Shown here piece by piece: positions 23,058 to 34,600 of a stretch of 64,000 bases of DNA. Each line of letters begins with the position of its first letter. Position 1 is the stretch's first letter. This stretch comes from Phyllobates terribilis (Eukaryota). The translations under genes were made by a program, and so were the position numbers. Below the pieces are notes generated by a model, which saw only the letters and a list, made by a program, of their open reading frames with translations, had not been told where the DNA came from and did no database searches. The DNA is taken from positions 941,222,001 to 941,286,000 of the forward strand of contig NW_027362761.1 in NCBI RefSeq assembly GCF_046119375.1, in the 5' to 3' direction.

Positions 23058-23735
23058 TGTAACACCACTGCCTGTATCCCTGCATGGCTTCCCATCCCCC
23101 ACCATGCAGGGACACCAACTTACTCACCACCCCTGGCCATGCAGGGAGTTCCTTGTCCTCTGCTTGCTGTTCATGTTTCCTGGCAGCATGCTTAGACCTG
23201 TGCAGGTCCTGGTTCTTAAAGAGACAGTATGCATGCTCCTAATGTGTCCTCAGCCAATTGCTGGAAGGCACTCGGTACTTAAGGCACATTTACCTGTTGG
23301 GAGGTGCCTGAGCAACACTCTCCTTTAATGTTGGTGCAACTATTAAGTTGCCAGGTCCTGTTCTGTTTCTGTCTCTGAACTTTGAACCTGTATCTGTGTT
23401 TATTCTTTTCTGAATCTGCTTCCCTGGGCCAGTGTGGCACAGGCCCGAACTGTGAACCAGTTCCTGTGTCTGACCTTGTCAGAACCTGCTGTCTGAATTA
23501 GGACCAGTCCCTTAACCTGTTTGTATCTAAGTCTTGATTTTTCCATGTTCCTGTTATGTCAGAATCTTGATCTGTCTCTGAATCTTTCAATGTCTGAATC
23601 CGTACCTGCTTCCACTTCTGCTGTATTTAAATCAGTACTTTCCTCCATACCTGTTTTCTGATTAAATCCCTACTTCTAAATCTGCTGTGTCAGACGCAGT
23701 ACCTTTCCTTAACCAGTTGTGTCTGAATTAGTACC
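23058..23735 (+). mobile_element. Probable degenerate LTR fragment
   Basis: Starts TGTAACAC and contains repeated TGTCTGAA(T/C) motifs typical of LTR U5-like tracts. The 3' end abuts a hAT terminus. Confidence 0.35.
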
Positions 23736-25253
23736 TATTAGTTATGAGCGAGCACTAAAATGCCTGGGTGCTCTTTTCTCAGATCAAGCAAATTGTAATG
23801 CTCGGGAACTTGACCCATGCAATGAGCCCAATGTAAATCTATAGGAAACTCAAGCATTTCTCCAGCGCCCCTCCCCCCCCCGGAGGTCTGCAGGGGGCCT
23901 AAAAATTGCCCAAATCGATGGGAACAGTGCTCAAATGACATGGGAACATCATGGGGAAGACCCCTGGAAGCATCTCTGACTCTCAGGCCACTGCTGTGAG
24001 CAATGTTGTCTCCACTTTTACAGGCTCACAATAAAAAAATACAAAAACGAAACCAAAATGGATTTTCCTGAGAAAGATGTTAAGGAACATCCTTTCCAGG
24101 GTAATGACTTGTGTTTAAGGCAAAATAAATAACCAAAAACAAAAATGCTCCTCCACACCTTGGGCTATGTTCACACGTAGCGTTTTTGATGCATTTTTGC
24201 ACTTTTGAATTGCTTTCAAAGGTGAAAAATACATTTACCAGTAAATGTAATTTTTAAATTTTACTACCTTATCTGGTCATGTGGTGTGTGAGACATGATC
24301 AGACACATTCTGTTTCATTTATGAAGGAGGGACTCTGAAAGTCACAAAGCCTATTTTTAAAGGGCCATCAAGCGGCCTTTACTATTTTTAAAAGGCCAGC
24401 AGTCTGCCCTCAATATTGTTAGTCATCATCTGGCTATGCTTTATAGTTCTCACTATTAAGGAGCAGGTCTCCTATCATGTTTCAGCATATGCAGTGACTC
24501 CAACGGCTGCCCAAAATTTGGAAAAACCTCAATATCCCTTTGAAGAGACATAGAGGGCCTGATTTAAAAAAAATAATTTCCCATTATTAAGGAGCGGTTC
24601 TCTTATACTGTTATTGTATATGCAGTGACTGAAAGGGCTGCTCAAATGTTGGAAAAACCCCAATACCAATTTAAAGACACATAGAGGAGGGCCCCAGTAA
24701 CAAAATGTTCCCATTATAAAGGAGTGGTCTTGCTATACAGTTATTGTGTATGCAGTCAGTCACTGCAACGGCTGCCTAAATTTTGGAAAAACCCCAATAC
24801 CACTTTAAAGACACATAGAGGAGGGCCTCAGTAACAAAATGTTCCCATTATAAAGGAGCGGGTCTCCTATACTGTTCTTGCATATGCAGTAACTGCAAGG
24901 GCTGACAAAAATTTAGACACACTCCAATGCCCTCTTGGAAGAAACATAGAGGAGGGACTCATTAAAAATTTTTTCCCATTATAAAGGAGCGGGTCTCCTA
25001 TACTTGTAACGCCCATGCACTAAGTGCCTGAGCTGAAAAGCATGTATACATGAACATGCTCTATAATAAACATTTCCTACGGACATTATAAACACCCTTA
25101 AAAAAAATTATTGGGTGTTGCATCACTGTCACCCTGGTGATACGGTGGTGGAGGATGGGAATGAGGAGAAGGAGGAGGACAACAGAAAATAGACAAAATC
25201 AGGAAGCGTATACCCATGTCTGGGTGTGAAGACAGAGGTGCATGGGAATAGAG

Positions 25254-28200
25254 TTAGACCTCCCAAAAAAAAGACACTATATTTGAGTTTTTTACGCTTC
25301 TATCATTCAGTGGTGTTGAGAAGTCTGGCCCAATCCAGCCCTTGTTCATTTTTATAAGAGTCAGCCTGTCAGCATTTTCAGTTGACAGGCGGATGCACTT
25401 ATCGGTTATAATTCCACCGGTGGCACTTAAAACCCGCTTTGACAATACGCTAGCGGCAGAGCAGGCCAGGACCTCCAAGGCGTAGAGAGCCAGTTCATGC
25501 CACGTGTCCAACTTGGATACCCAATAATTATAAGGCACAGAGGAATCACAGAGGACGTTGGTACGGTCAGCAATTTACTCCCTCAGCAACTTTTCCCTCC
25601 TTGGGAGATTACCCCACTTGTATGATGGGAGGGTTTGAGAAAAAAGTGTTCCCCTGCCTCTGCTGGACTGCATTTGTGTCTCTCTTGCCTGTACTCCTCG
25701 GTTGTCCAATGAACTGTGACCTCTGTCTCCAGCATTTTCAGATCGGAGTTTTTTTAATAATAAGGGCCTTCTGATACTGCATCATTTTAGCAAACCTGTC
25801 CGCCGTGGGAATAAGAGATAGATAGTTCTCTTTGTAGTGGGGATCTAGAAGTGTCACTAACCAGTAATGACTGTCACCCAAAATTTGTACAACGCGAGGG
25901 TCACGGGAAAGGCAGCGTAACAAACTCAGCCATGTGTGCCAGACTGCAAAGAGGCAAGACTTCCGTGTCGTCACCAAGAGGACGAATGACCATGCTCTCC
26001 TCCTCATCCTCCTCCTTTTCCTCCTCCTCCCTGTCCTCAGGCCATCCACACTGAACAGACGGCATGACAGTTGTGCAGGTAGTAACATCTGTACCGCAGG
26101 AAAAAGCTCCTGTTCTTTTTCCTCCTCTTCCTCATTGTCACCCAATCCACTTTGGGATGAGATGAGGCTTGGCTGTGTGGAATCATCCTGTATGTTTCCT
26201 TGTTCCATCTCATCGTGCTCCACCTGCAATGCATCCTCTTTAAAGGGGTATTCCCGTTTCCAAGATACTATCCCAATATGTAGTAGGTGTAAAAATAATA
26301 ATATTAGCAAATACCTCCAATTAGAAAAGTAGTATATTTTTTCTGATTCGCTATCTCTCTTTCCTCATGTGCAGGCATTGCAGGACCTTAGGTATCCATG
26401 GTTACATCCACTGTTAAAGTCAGTTTGTTAGCTAGTTGCTAATGGTCGTAACCATGGATACCTAAGGTCCTGCGATGCCTGCACATGAGGTAAGAGAGAT
26501 AGCGAATCAGAAAAACTATACTATATTTCTAATAGGAAATATTTGCTAATATTATTATTACACCTACTACATATTGGGATAGGATCTTGGAGATGGGAAT
26601 ACTCCTTTAATTGTGAGAAGAGTGTTGCAGAAGACAGATAAGCTGGATGGTGACGCTAATTATGGTGTCATCGCCGCTCACCATCTTGGTGGAGTCCTCA
26701 AAGTTTTGGAGGATCGTACATATGTCTGACATCCATGTCGGCTCCTGAGGTCTTATGTGTGGAGCCTGAACAGAATACCGATAGCCTTGTTGATGCCGGT
26801 AGTCAACAACTGCCCTCTTCTGCTCACAAATCCTTCCAAACATTTGCAATGTAGAGTTCCAACGTGAGGTGAAATTGCAGATCAGTCGGTGAGCTGGAAG
26901 CTGCAAATGCTGCTGAAGCACTGCAAGGGCGGCGGAAGCTGTAGCTGACTTTCTAAAATGGGCACACACGCGACATACTTTGACAAGCAGATCCAACAAA
27001 TCCGGGTAGGTTTGGAGAAACTGCTGAATCACAAGGTTACGCACATAGGCCAGGCATGGTACGTATGTGAGCTCGTCTCACCTCAGAGCCGCTACCAGGT
27101 TCCGGCCATTGTCACACATGGCAATGCCTGGCTGTAGGGTCAGCAGTGTCAGCCACAGATCTCCCTGCTCTTTCAGAGCTCTCTTCAGCGTTGTGCAGTT
27201 TGTCACCTAGCCTATTAGCTTCAGAACAGCCTGCTGCCGCTTGGCTGAGGCAGTGCTGCTGTGCTCCTAGCTTGCAACTGATGTGGTCATTTCGGAGATG
27301 GAGGCTGAAGAGGAGGAGGAGGAGGTGCAGGAGCTGTAGAATGTGGGGGCAACCATGATTGACCCAGGGCCCGCAATCCTCGGCATCGGGAGGATGTGTT
27401 CCATTCCAAGGTCCGACTGGGTCCCGGCTTCAACTATATTAACCCAGTGTGCCATCAGCGAGATGTACCATCCCTGCCCACAAGCACTTGTCCACGTGTC
27501 CATGGTTAGGTGGACTTTCCCAGTAACTGTGTTGTTGAGGGCACGGCTAATGTTGTGAGACACGTGCTCGTGTAATGCGGGGATGGCACACTGGAAGAAA
27601 CAGTGGTGGCTGGAGACTGAGTACCGAGGGATGGTCGCCACCATCAGGTTGTGAAAAGCTTCCATCTCCACGAGCCTAAAATGCAACATTTCAAGCGCAA
27701 GCATTCGTGAAATGTGTGAATTTAGTAGCGTGGCCTGTGGGGCGTTGGCGGCGTATTTGAGCTTGCGTTCCAAGGACTGGGGTAGGGACAACTGAACGCT
27801 GTGCTGGGACTACTTGTTGATGGTGCTACTTGAGATGTGCAATGACAGATGCAAGGCGGGAGGCATCTTGGCATGTACCATGGACAGGGGATTGACGTGC
27901 ACACACAACAGCAGAACAAGCAGTGGTGTCACCTGCAGACACTGTTGCTGGACCCTGGGATTCGGATCTCTTAGTCGGGTGCTTTGCAGCCATGTGCTTG
28001 ATCATGCTGGTGGTGGTCAGGCTGCTAGTTTTGCTACCCCTGCTGATGCTGGCCAGGCAGGTGGTGCAATTGGCCTTTTTGGGGTTATCTGCAGAGTCTT
28101 TAAAAAATAACCAGACTCGGGAAGACCTAACAGTTGTACTGGCAACTTACGTCGTGTTGGCGTTATGAGTAATACTTTCTCACCTTGTAGCTGTGGCTAC

Positions 28201-28920
28201 CACACTGCTTTTTCCTACCTGTTGTGGTGCTACATCTCCCTCCCCCTGTGTGCTGCTGTCCTCACTCTATATGTCCCCTTGCCAGGTTGGGTCAGTTACT
28301 ATATCATCCACCACCTCGTCTTCTACTTCTGCACCCTGGTTCTCCTCCTGACTTTCTGGCAATTGTGTCTCATCATCATCATCCACCTCTTGCGACAGTA
28401 ATTGCACTTTCCCACCGTCACCTTCATGTGATCGTGGCTGCTCCAATATTTGGGCATCGCTACATGCGTTCTCCTCTTGACTCGCTTGAAGCTGGCCGGG
28501 CGAGAGGCCCGAATCTATAAATGGAAAAGTGAACAGCTTTTCTGAGTGTCCAAGTGTGGGATCAGTTGTCTCCGGGCACTCGGCATGGTGGGAGGAAGGA
28601 GGATCAGGGTGAGGAATATGCGGTCCAGACTCACGGCTACTGAGACTTGACCGTGTGGAAGACAGGGTGGAAGACAGGGTGGTAGTGGTGTTGGCAAAGT
28701 GACCCGAAGCATTATCTGCTATCCAACCAACAACCTTTTGAGACTGCTCTGGGTTCAATAGTGGTGTACTGCAGTCCCCTAGGGAAAGGAAGGTCGACAA
28801 GATGTGGGTGTTTGTTGTGGCACAATTTCAACTAGCCCACGGCCACGTCCTTGTCCTCAGTCTCTGCATGCACCATCACCATCATGTCCAATTCGCCGTT
28901 CTTGCCGTGCACCTTGCCCA
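25254..28920 (-). pseudogene. hAT transposase pseudogene
   Basis: C-terminal dimerisation motif (YWVSKLDTWHELALYAL..ACSAASVLSKRVLS..LIKMN), TMDTWTS DDE-region motif and NFTSRWNST motif. Many frameshifts. Confidence 0.85.
26244..26606. mobile_element. Kolobok/T2-type fold-back MITE inserted in hAT copy 1
   Basis: TTAA-AGGGGTATTCCC at the left and GGGAATACTCCT-TTAA at the right, nearly fully palindromic. The paralogous hAT copy 2 shows the empty site (GCATCCTCTTTAATT near 41407-41421). Confidence 0.92.
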
Positions 28921-30057
28921 TTTTAAATGGAGTACAATATTTTCCATGTTCACGAGAAATGGCAGATATATGTGATATGTCTGAAAGAGAACCACGATTT
29001 TAAATAGCAGGCCTGTAATTTACTAATATTATTCTTCCCAGACGCCTAGTGTGAATAGCTTGAGCGACACACTGCAACAGAATGGAAATGAAAGAAATGG
29101 CTGACTTTGGAACAGTCTTATAGGTGATATGTCTAACAGAGAACCACGGTTTGAAATAGCAGGCCTGTAATTTACTAATATTATTGTACACAGAGACCTA
29201 GTGAAAGGGTGCAGAAGTTTGGATAGTCTAAATGGGAGCTCCTTGTTCCGAGGGCTTACTCAACTCACACTGGTGACATTTTCGGCAGACCCCTTTGACT
29301 TCTTGCCGCAGTTGGGGCCAATACACCAGCTGTTGTAACCACCTAAAGGTCTTCTCCACACCAAAGTGAGTACTTCTTCCATGAGCTTCCTGGGCAAGCT
29401 GTGTTACTAGCGCTTCTGGAACTACTACCTGCCAGGTAGCATCGAACTCTTGAGGTAGCTGAATTCTTTGGCACAGTACGCCATCCCTCAGGAAAAGCCT
29501 TTCCCACTGGTCTAGGATTTGTTGGGTAGTTGGGAGTGAAGCAGCCCTGGCCTCCTGGTTGGGTCTTTGACCCAGGGCGACCCATTCTCTCAGCTTTGCC
29601 AGTTCTGGGTCGGACTGTTGCAGATATATCCACTCGTCTCTTGAGCGGCCAGAATTTGAGTGGGCCTCGGCTACTCTCCGGACTCCTGGGCATCGACCAC
29701 AGCAGTGGCGAACTGGCTGGAATCTCGTCCCCTTCAAGCTCCTCATTTATGTCTCTCTTTGGCCCTGTCTGAGTGACCCAGGACAGGGCATCTGCATGAG
29801 TGTTCCTTGTGATCCACCACTGCTCTAGTGCACCCAGCTTTGCATTCTCTAAGTGGGCCAAAGGGTTGCTGTCTGTCCGCACTTGTACTTCTGACCCCAA
29901 CAAGTACTCCGCAAATTTCTCGGTCATGGCCCACACCAGTGGCAGTAGCTCCAGCTTGAACGAAATGTAGTTGTTCAAATTCTTTTCCATATCCCGGAGC
30001 GACCGGCTGGCAAACGCAATCACTTGCTCTTTTCCTCCTTGCATTTGAGCCAGCACT

Positions 30058-30688
30058 TGTCACGGGTGTGTTGCCACGAAGATCGTCACGAGTACACAGC
30101 CTGACTTCTCGCAGCTGACTTGTTGGTGCTTTGTGTTTCTCGGCAGTGAGGGAGTTAATTCTCTCTCTCTCTCTGGGCTAGATGAGGTCCAGCCTCGCCC
30201 AGCTGCAATCAAAACTTCTGTAGTGAGACTCCTTCATATACCTGCTGGTCTGTTTGGGAGGTGTCGGTGAAAGCATTTCATTCAGACTGACAGAGCGGAT
30301 CGTGGTGTTTGGAGTTGCTGAGGTAAGTGTATTTGGAAGTGTTTTTTCCCTTTCCTCGCTTTATCATTTATCTCCTTTCCCGTTGGTTTTCCCTCTGTTG
30401 TAGTTGAGTAGTTGTTTGTATGCAAGGTGGTTTTGGTTTTTCCCTTGTACTGTCTCGTTCGTCCAATTACTGTGTTTGGGCATATTATTTCTTGTTCCCT
30501 TTGGTTGTGATCGGGGTCCTTCTCAGGACTAGATTACTGAGGTGCAGGGATCTTCAGGAGGTAGGGGTTACGCTGGCGGCCTGGACCTCTGTACCTTTAA
30601 CAGTACCTCCAGGTTGAGGGATTAGTCAGGGCCCCAGCTTAGGGTCAGCGTAGGCCCCCTACCTCCAGTATACAGAGACAGCGTGACA
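30058..30688 (+). repeat. 5' LTR of element 2
   Basis: Direct repeat of 34847-35477. Differences are A30213/T35002 and G30323/A35112. Confidence 0.96.
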
Positions 30689-30699
30689 TTTTCACCGAC
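30689..30699 (+). promoter_or_regulatory. Putative self-priming primer-binding site of element 2 (TTTTCACCGAC)
   Basis: Complementary to LTR 30263-30273 (GTCGGTGAAAG) with 10 Watson-Crick pairs and 1 G-U pair. No TGG tRNA-type start. Confidence 0.8.
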
Positions 30700-30723
30700 C
30701 CACTTAGTTTTTCTCCAGCTACT

Positions 30724-31563
30724 ATGGATCCAGTAGCCGGTCTAGCTCGGCAATTGCAGGGTTTGTCCATGGAGCTGGCGGACGTTAGGTCCAAGGTTTG
30801 GCATCCTCAGGAGCAAGCCGGACCAGAACCTAAAGTAGCTCTCCCTGATAGGTTCACTGGGGGGCGGGACAAGTTTTTTGTTTTCCGGGAGGCATGTAAA
30901 TTGTACTTTCAGCTGCGGCCTCGGTCATCGGGGAGTGAAGAACAAAGGGTGGGAATTGTCATCTCGCTCCTACAAGGGGACCCACAATCTTGGGCGTTCT
31001 CTCTTCCCCCGGGTTCCCCGGCTCTCCAGTCAGTGGATAGGTTTTTCGCTGCCCTGGGACTCGTATATGATGACCCAGATCGGATCTCCCTTGCTGAGTC
31101 TAAGTTACGTAGGATCCAGCAGGGAGATCGTCCGGCGGAGGAATTCTGTTCGGAGTTCCGTAGGTGGGCCACGGACACCCAGTGGAATGACCCGGCTCTT
31201 AGGAGCCAGTTTTGTCATGGTTTATCCGACAAATTACAGGATGTGTTGGCACAGTATGACTCTCCCGTGTCTCTGGAAGCCGCTATGGCCCTCGCTATTC
31301 GCGTGGACAGACGGCTTCGGGAGAGGTGCGGGATAACTCTACCCCCTGTGATGACTCCACCTCCTACAAGGTCCCCTCATATGGTGGTTCCCCTGGTCAG
31401 TCCAGAGGAGCCTATGCAATTAGGAGGGACATCATTTCGGGGGAGGGGACCGGTGGTGCGCCATAAGGCAGGAAGGTGTTTCTTCTGCGGGAGAAAGGGA
31501 CATTTTATTGGGGGGTGTCCATCCCGTCCCTTGCAGAGTGAAGAGTCGTCGGAAAACTGTTGA
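30724..31563 (+). CDS. Gag, 279 aa (retrotransposon capsid plus CCHC knuckle)
   Basis: EPKVALPDRFTG..LYFQLRP capsid, EPMQLG motif, CFFCGRKGHFIGGC knuckle. Confidence 0.93.
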   Translation: MDPVAGLARQLQGLSMELADVRSKVWHPQEQAGPEPKVALPDRFTGGRDKFFVFREACKLYFQLRPRSSGSEEQRVGIVISLLQGDPQSWAFSLPPGSPALQSVDRFFAALGLVYDDPDRISLAESKLRRIQQGDRPAEEFCSEFRRWATDTQWNDPALRSQFCHGLSDKLQDVLAQYDSPVSLEAAMALAIRVDRRLRERCGITLPPVMTPPPTRSPHMVVPLVSPEEPMQLGGTSFRGRGPVVRHKAGRCFFCGRKGHFIGGCPSRPLQSEESSENC

Positions 31564-31610
31564 TCCCAGGTTGTGTGGTGGACGGCAATCTGGGAGTAGG
31601 TATTTCGTCC
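31551..31610 (+). promoter_or_regulatory. Putative -1 ribosomal frameshift signal (G_GAA_AAC plus H-type pseudoknot)
   Basis: Heptamer in gag phase, 6-nt spacer, stem 1 31564-31573/31586-31595, stem 2 31580-31585/31605-31610. Confidence 0.7.
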
Positions 31611-34600
31611 CTAGGTTCGTCTCAGTTTCTCGTACCGGCGAAGGTGGTGGTGGGTACGAGAACTGAGAGGATATCTGTTCTTCTGGATAGTGGGGCCGGG
31701 GCTAATCTGGTTGATGCTCGGTTTGCCCGGGTTCAAGGTATGCGGTTGAGTGAGTTGGCTAAACCCATCCCCATATTCTCGATCGATGCCAGGCCTCTCG
31801 GGCAGGGAAGTTTTTTGCAAGTTGTGCATGACGTAAAACTTCAAGTGGGGGCAATACATAAAGAACTGTTGTCTTGCTACGTGTTGGAGGGTCTTCCCAC
31901 TCCTATTGTGTTGGGCCTTCCTTGGTTAGCTAAGCATAACCCGGTTATTAATTGGCAAACCAGGGAGATAAGCCAATGGAGTAAATTCTGTAATAAAAAC
32001 TGCATGAACACGGTCATTGGTGCGGTTACTCCTTGGGTCTTACCTCCATTTCTGGCGGACTTTGAGGATGTATTCTCGGAGAAAGGGTGTCAGGAACTAC
32101 CTCCTCATCGCGTGTATGACTGTTCTGTAAAACTGCTTCCTGAGGCCAAGTTACCTAAAGCTAGGTTGTATAACCTTTCTGGTCCTGAGAGGCAGGCCAT
32201 GAAGGATTATATCTCAGAAAGTCTGGCTAAGGGGCATATTAGACCTTCATCTTCACCGGTGGCTGCGGGGTTCTTCTTTGTTAAGAAGAAAGATGGAGGC
32301 CTACGCCCTTGCCTGGATTTCCGTGAACTTAATCGGATTACGGTCCGAGATCCGTATCCGCTCCCACTTATTCCCGATCTCTTTAATCAGATCGTGGGCG
32401 CCAAATGGTTTTCTAAGTTGGATCTCAGGGGGGCGTACAATCTGATTAGGATGAAGGAGGGGGATGAGTGGAAGACGGCGTTTAACACTCCGGAGGGGCA
32501 TTATGAGAACCTTGTCATGCCATTTGGTCTGACTAATGCCCCGGCGGTGTTCCAACACTTTGTTAATGACATTTTTCGCCGCTTGGTGGGACAGTTTGTT
32601 GTCATATATCTGGATGATATCCTAATTTACTCGCCGGATCTGGTGTCTCATCAGGAGCACGTTAGGCAGGTGTTACAGATCTTGCGGGATAATAAACTGT
32701 ATGCCAAGTGGGAAAAGTGTGTGTTCGTCGTACAGGAACTCCAGTTTTTAGGCTTCCTGGTTTCAGCGTCCGGTTTTCGTATGGACCCTGGGAAAGTGCG
32801 GGCAGTTCTTGAGTGGGATCGGCCAGAGAATCTTAAGGCACTACAACGTTTCCTGGGGTTTGCTAATTATTACCGGAAGTTCATTCGTAATTTCTCGTCC
32901 ATGGTTAAGCCTCTCACTGACATGACTAAAAAGGGGACGGATTTTTCTAGGTGGTCTGACAAGGCTTGTCAAGCATTCTCCTCTTTGAAAAAATGTTTTG
33001 CCTCGGCGCCCATACTCATTCAACCTGATGCGTCTCAGCCATTCATTGTAGAGGTAGACGCTTCCGAGGTAGGGGTGGGAGCAGTATTGTCACAGGGTTC
33101 GTCCCCTGGTAAGTGGCATCCGTGCGCCTTTTTCTCTAAAAAATTGTCGTCCGCTGAGAGGAATTACGATGTCGGCAATAGGGAACTCTTGGCCATTAAG
33201 TTAGCTTTTGAGGAGTGGCGCCATTTTCTGGAGGGGGCTGTTCATCCGGTCACCGTCATCACCGATCACAAGAACCTGCTATATCTGGAGTCCGCGAAAC
33301 GTCTGAATCCCAGACAAGCTAGGTGGTCATTGTTTTTTACCAGGTTTAATTTTGTCGTTACATATCGTCCTGGGTCAAAAAATGTAAAGGCGGATGCCTT
33401 ATCTCGTAGTTTCCCGGGGGCCGGGAATACGGACGACCCGATTCCTATCCTTCAGGAGGGGGTGGTGGTTTCGGCAGTATGCTCTGAGCTGGAGGAGGAG
33501 GTATTGGAGGCTCAGGGGGACGCCCCTGTTGGACCTCCAGGGAGATTGTTTGTTCCAGATCAGTTGCAACAAAAGGTGATCGAGGCACACCATAACTCAG
33601 TTTTTGCAGGACACCCGGGGAGTAAAGCTACTGTGGATCTCCTCTCGCGTCGGTTTTGGTGGCCTAATTTACATAAGGAGGTGGTAACTTTTGTCGCGTC
33701 CTGTGGGGTTTGTGCGCGCTCTAAGACCTCACATACCCGTCCGTCTGGGGCCCTCTTACCTTTGAAGATCCCGGAGCGTCCTTGGACTCATCTGTCTATG
33801 GACTTTATTACGGACCTCCCTCCGTCTTCGGGTAAAACGGTCATACTCGTTGTAGTGGACAGGTTCAGCAAGATGGCACATTTTATCGCTCTTCCGTCTC
33901 TCCCTAATGCTAAAACTCTTGCGCAGGTGTTCATTGGGGAGATTGTGAGGCTTCACGGGGTACCCTCCGAGGTGGTGTCTGATCGGGGGTCTCAGTTTGT
34001 GTCTAAGTTCTGGAAGGCGTTTTGTGCACGGCGGGGGATGCAGTTGTCATTCTCATCGGCTTTTCATCCTCAGACCAATGGTCAGACGTATCTCCGGTGT
34101 TTTGTGTCAGAGAACCAGGAGGACTGGGCTTCTTTCTTACCTCTGGCAGAGTTTGCTCTTAATAATAGGCGGAGCGAGTCCACTGGTAAGTCCCCGTTTT
34201 TTGGGGCATATGGTTTTCACCCCCAGTTTTGTACTTTCAGTGGGGGGGGCTCTTCGGGGGTTCCTGAGGAGGAACGATTTTCCTCATCACTCGCTTCAGT
34301 ATGGAGAGGGGTGCTGAAGAATCTGAATACTATGGGGAACCGATACAAACGTATGGCTGATAGGAGGAGAGTGTCTGGTCCGGACCTAAGTGTGAACGAT
34401 CGGGTATGGTTGTCTACCAGGAATATTAAACTTAAGGTTCCCTCCTGGAAACTGGGTCCCAGGTTCATCGGGCCGTACAGAATCAGTTCTATTATTAATC
34501 CGGTGGCATTCCGTCTTGACCTCCCCCCTACGTTTAAAATTCACAACGTGTTTCACAGATCATTGCTTAAGAGGTATGTGGCGCCGGTGGTACCGTCACT

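Larger units (their letters stand above)
23739..29205 (-). mobile_element. Degenerate hAT transposon, copy 1
   Basis: Terminus TAGTTATGAGCGAGCA at 23739, about 125-130-bp subterminal repeats at 24450-25000, transposase remnants, and a second subterminal repeat set at 28950-29205 that is cut off by Gypsy sequence. Confidence 0.85.
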
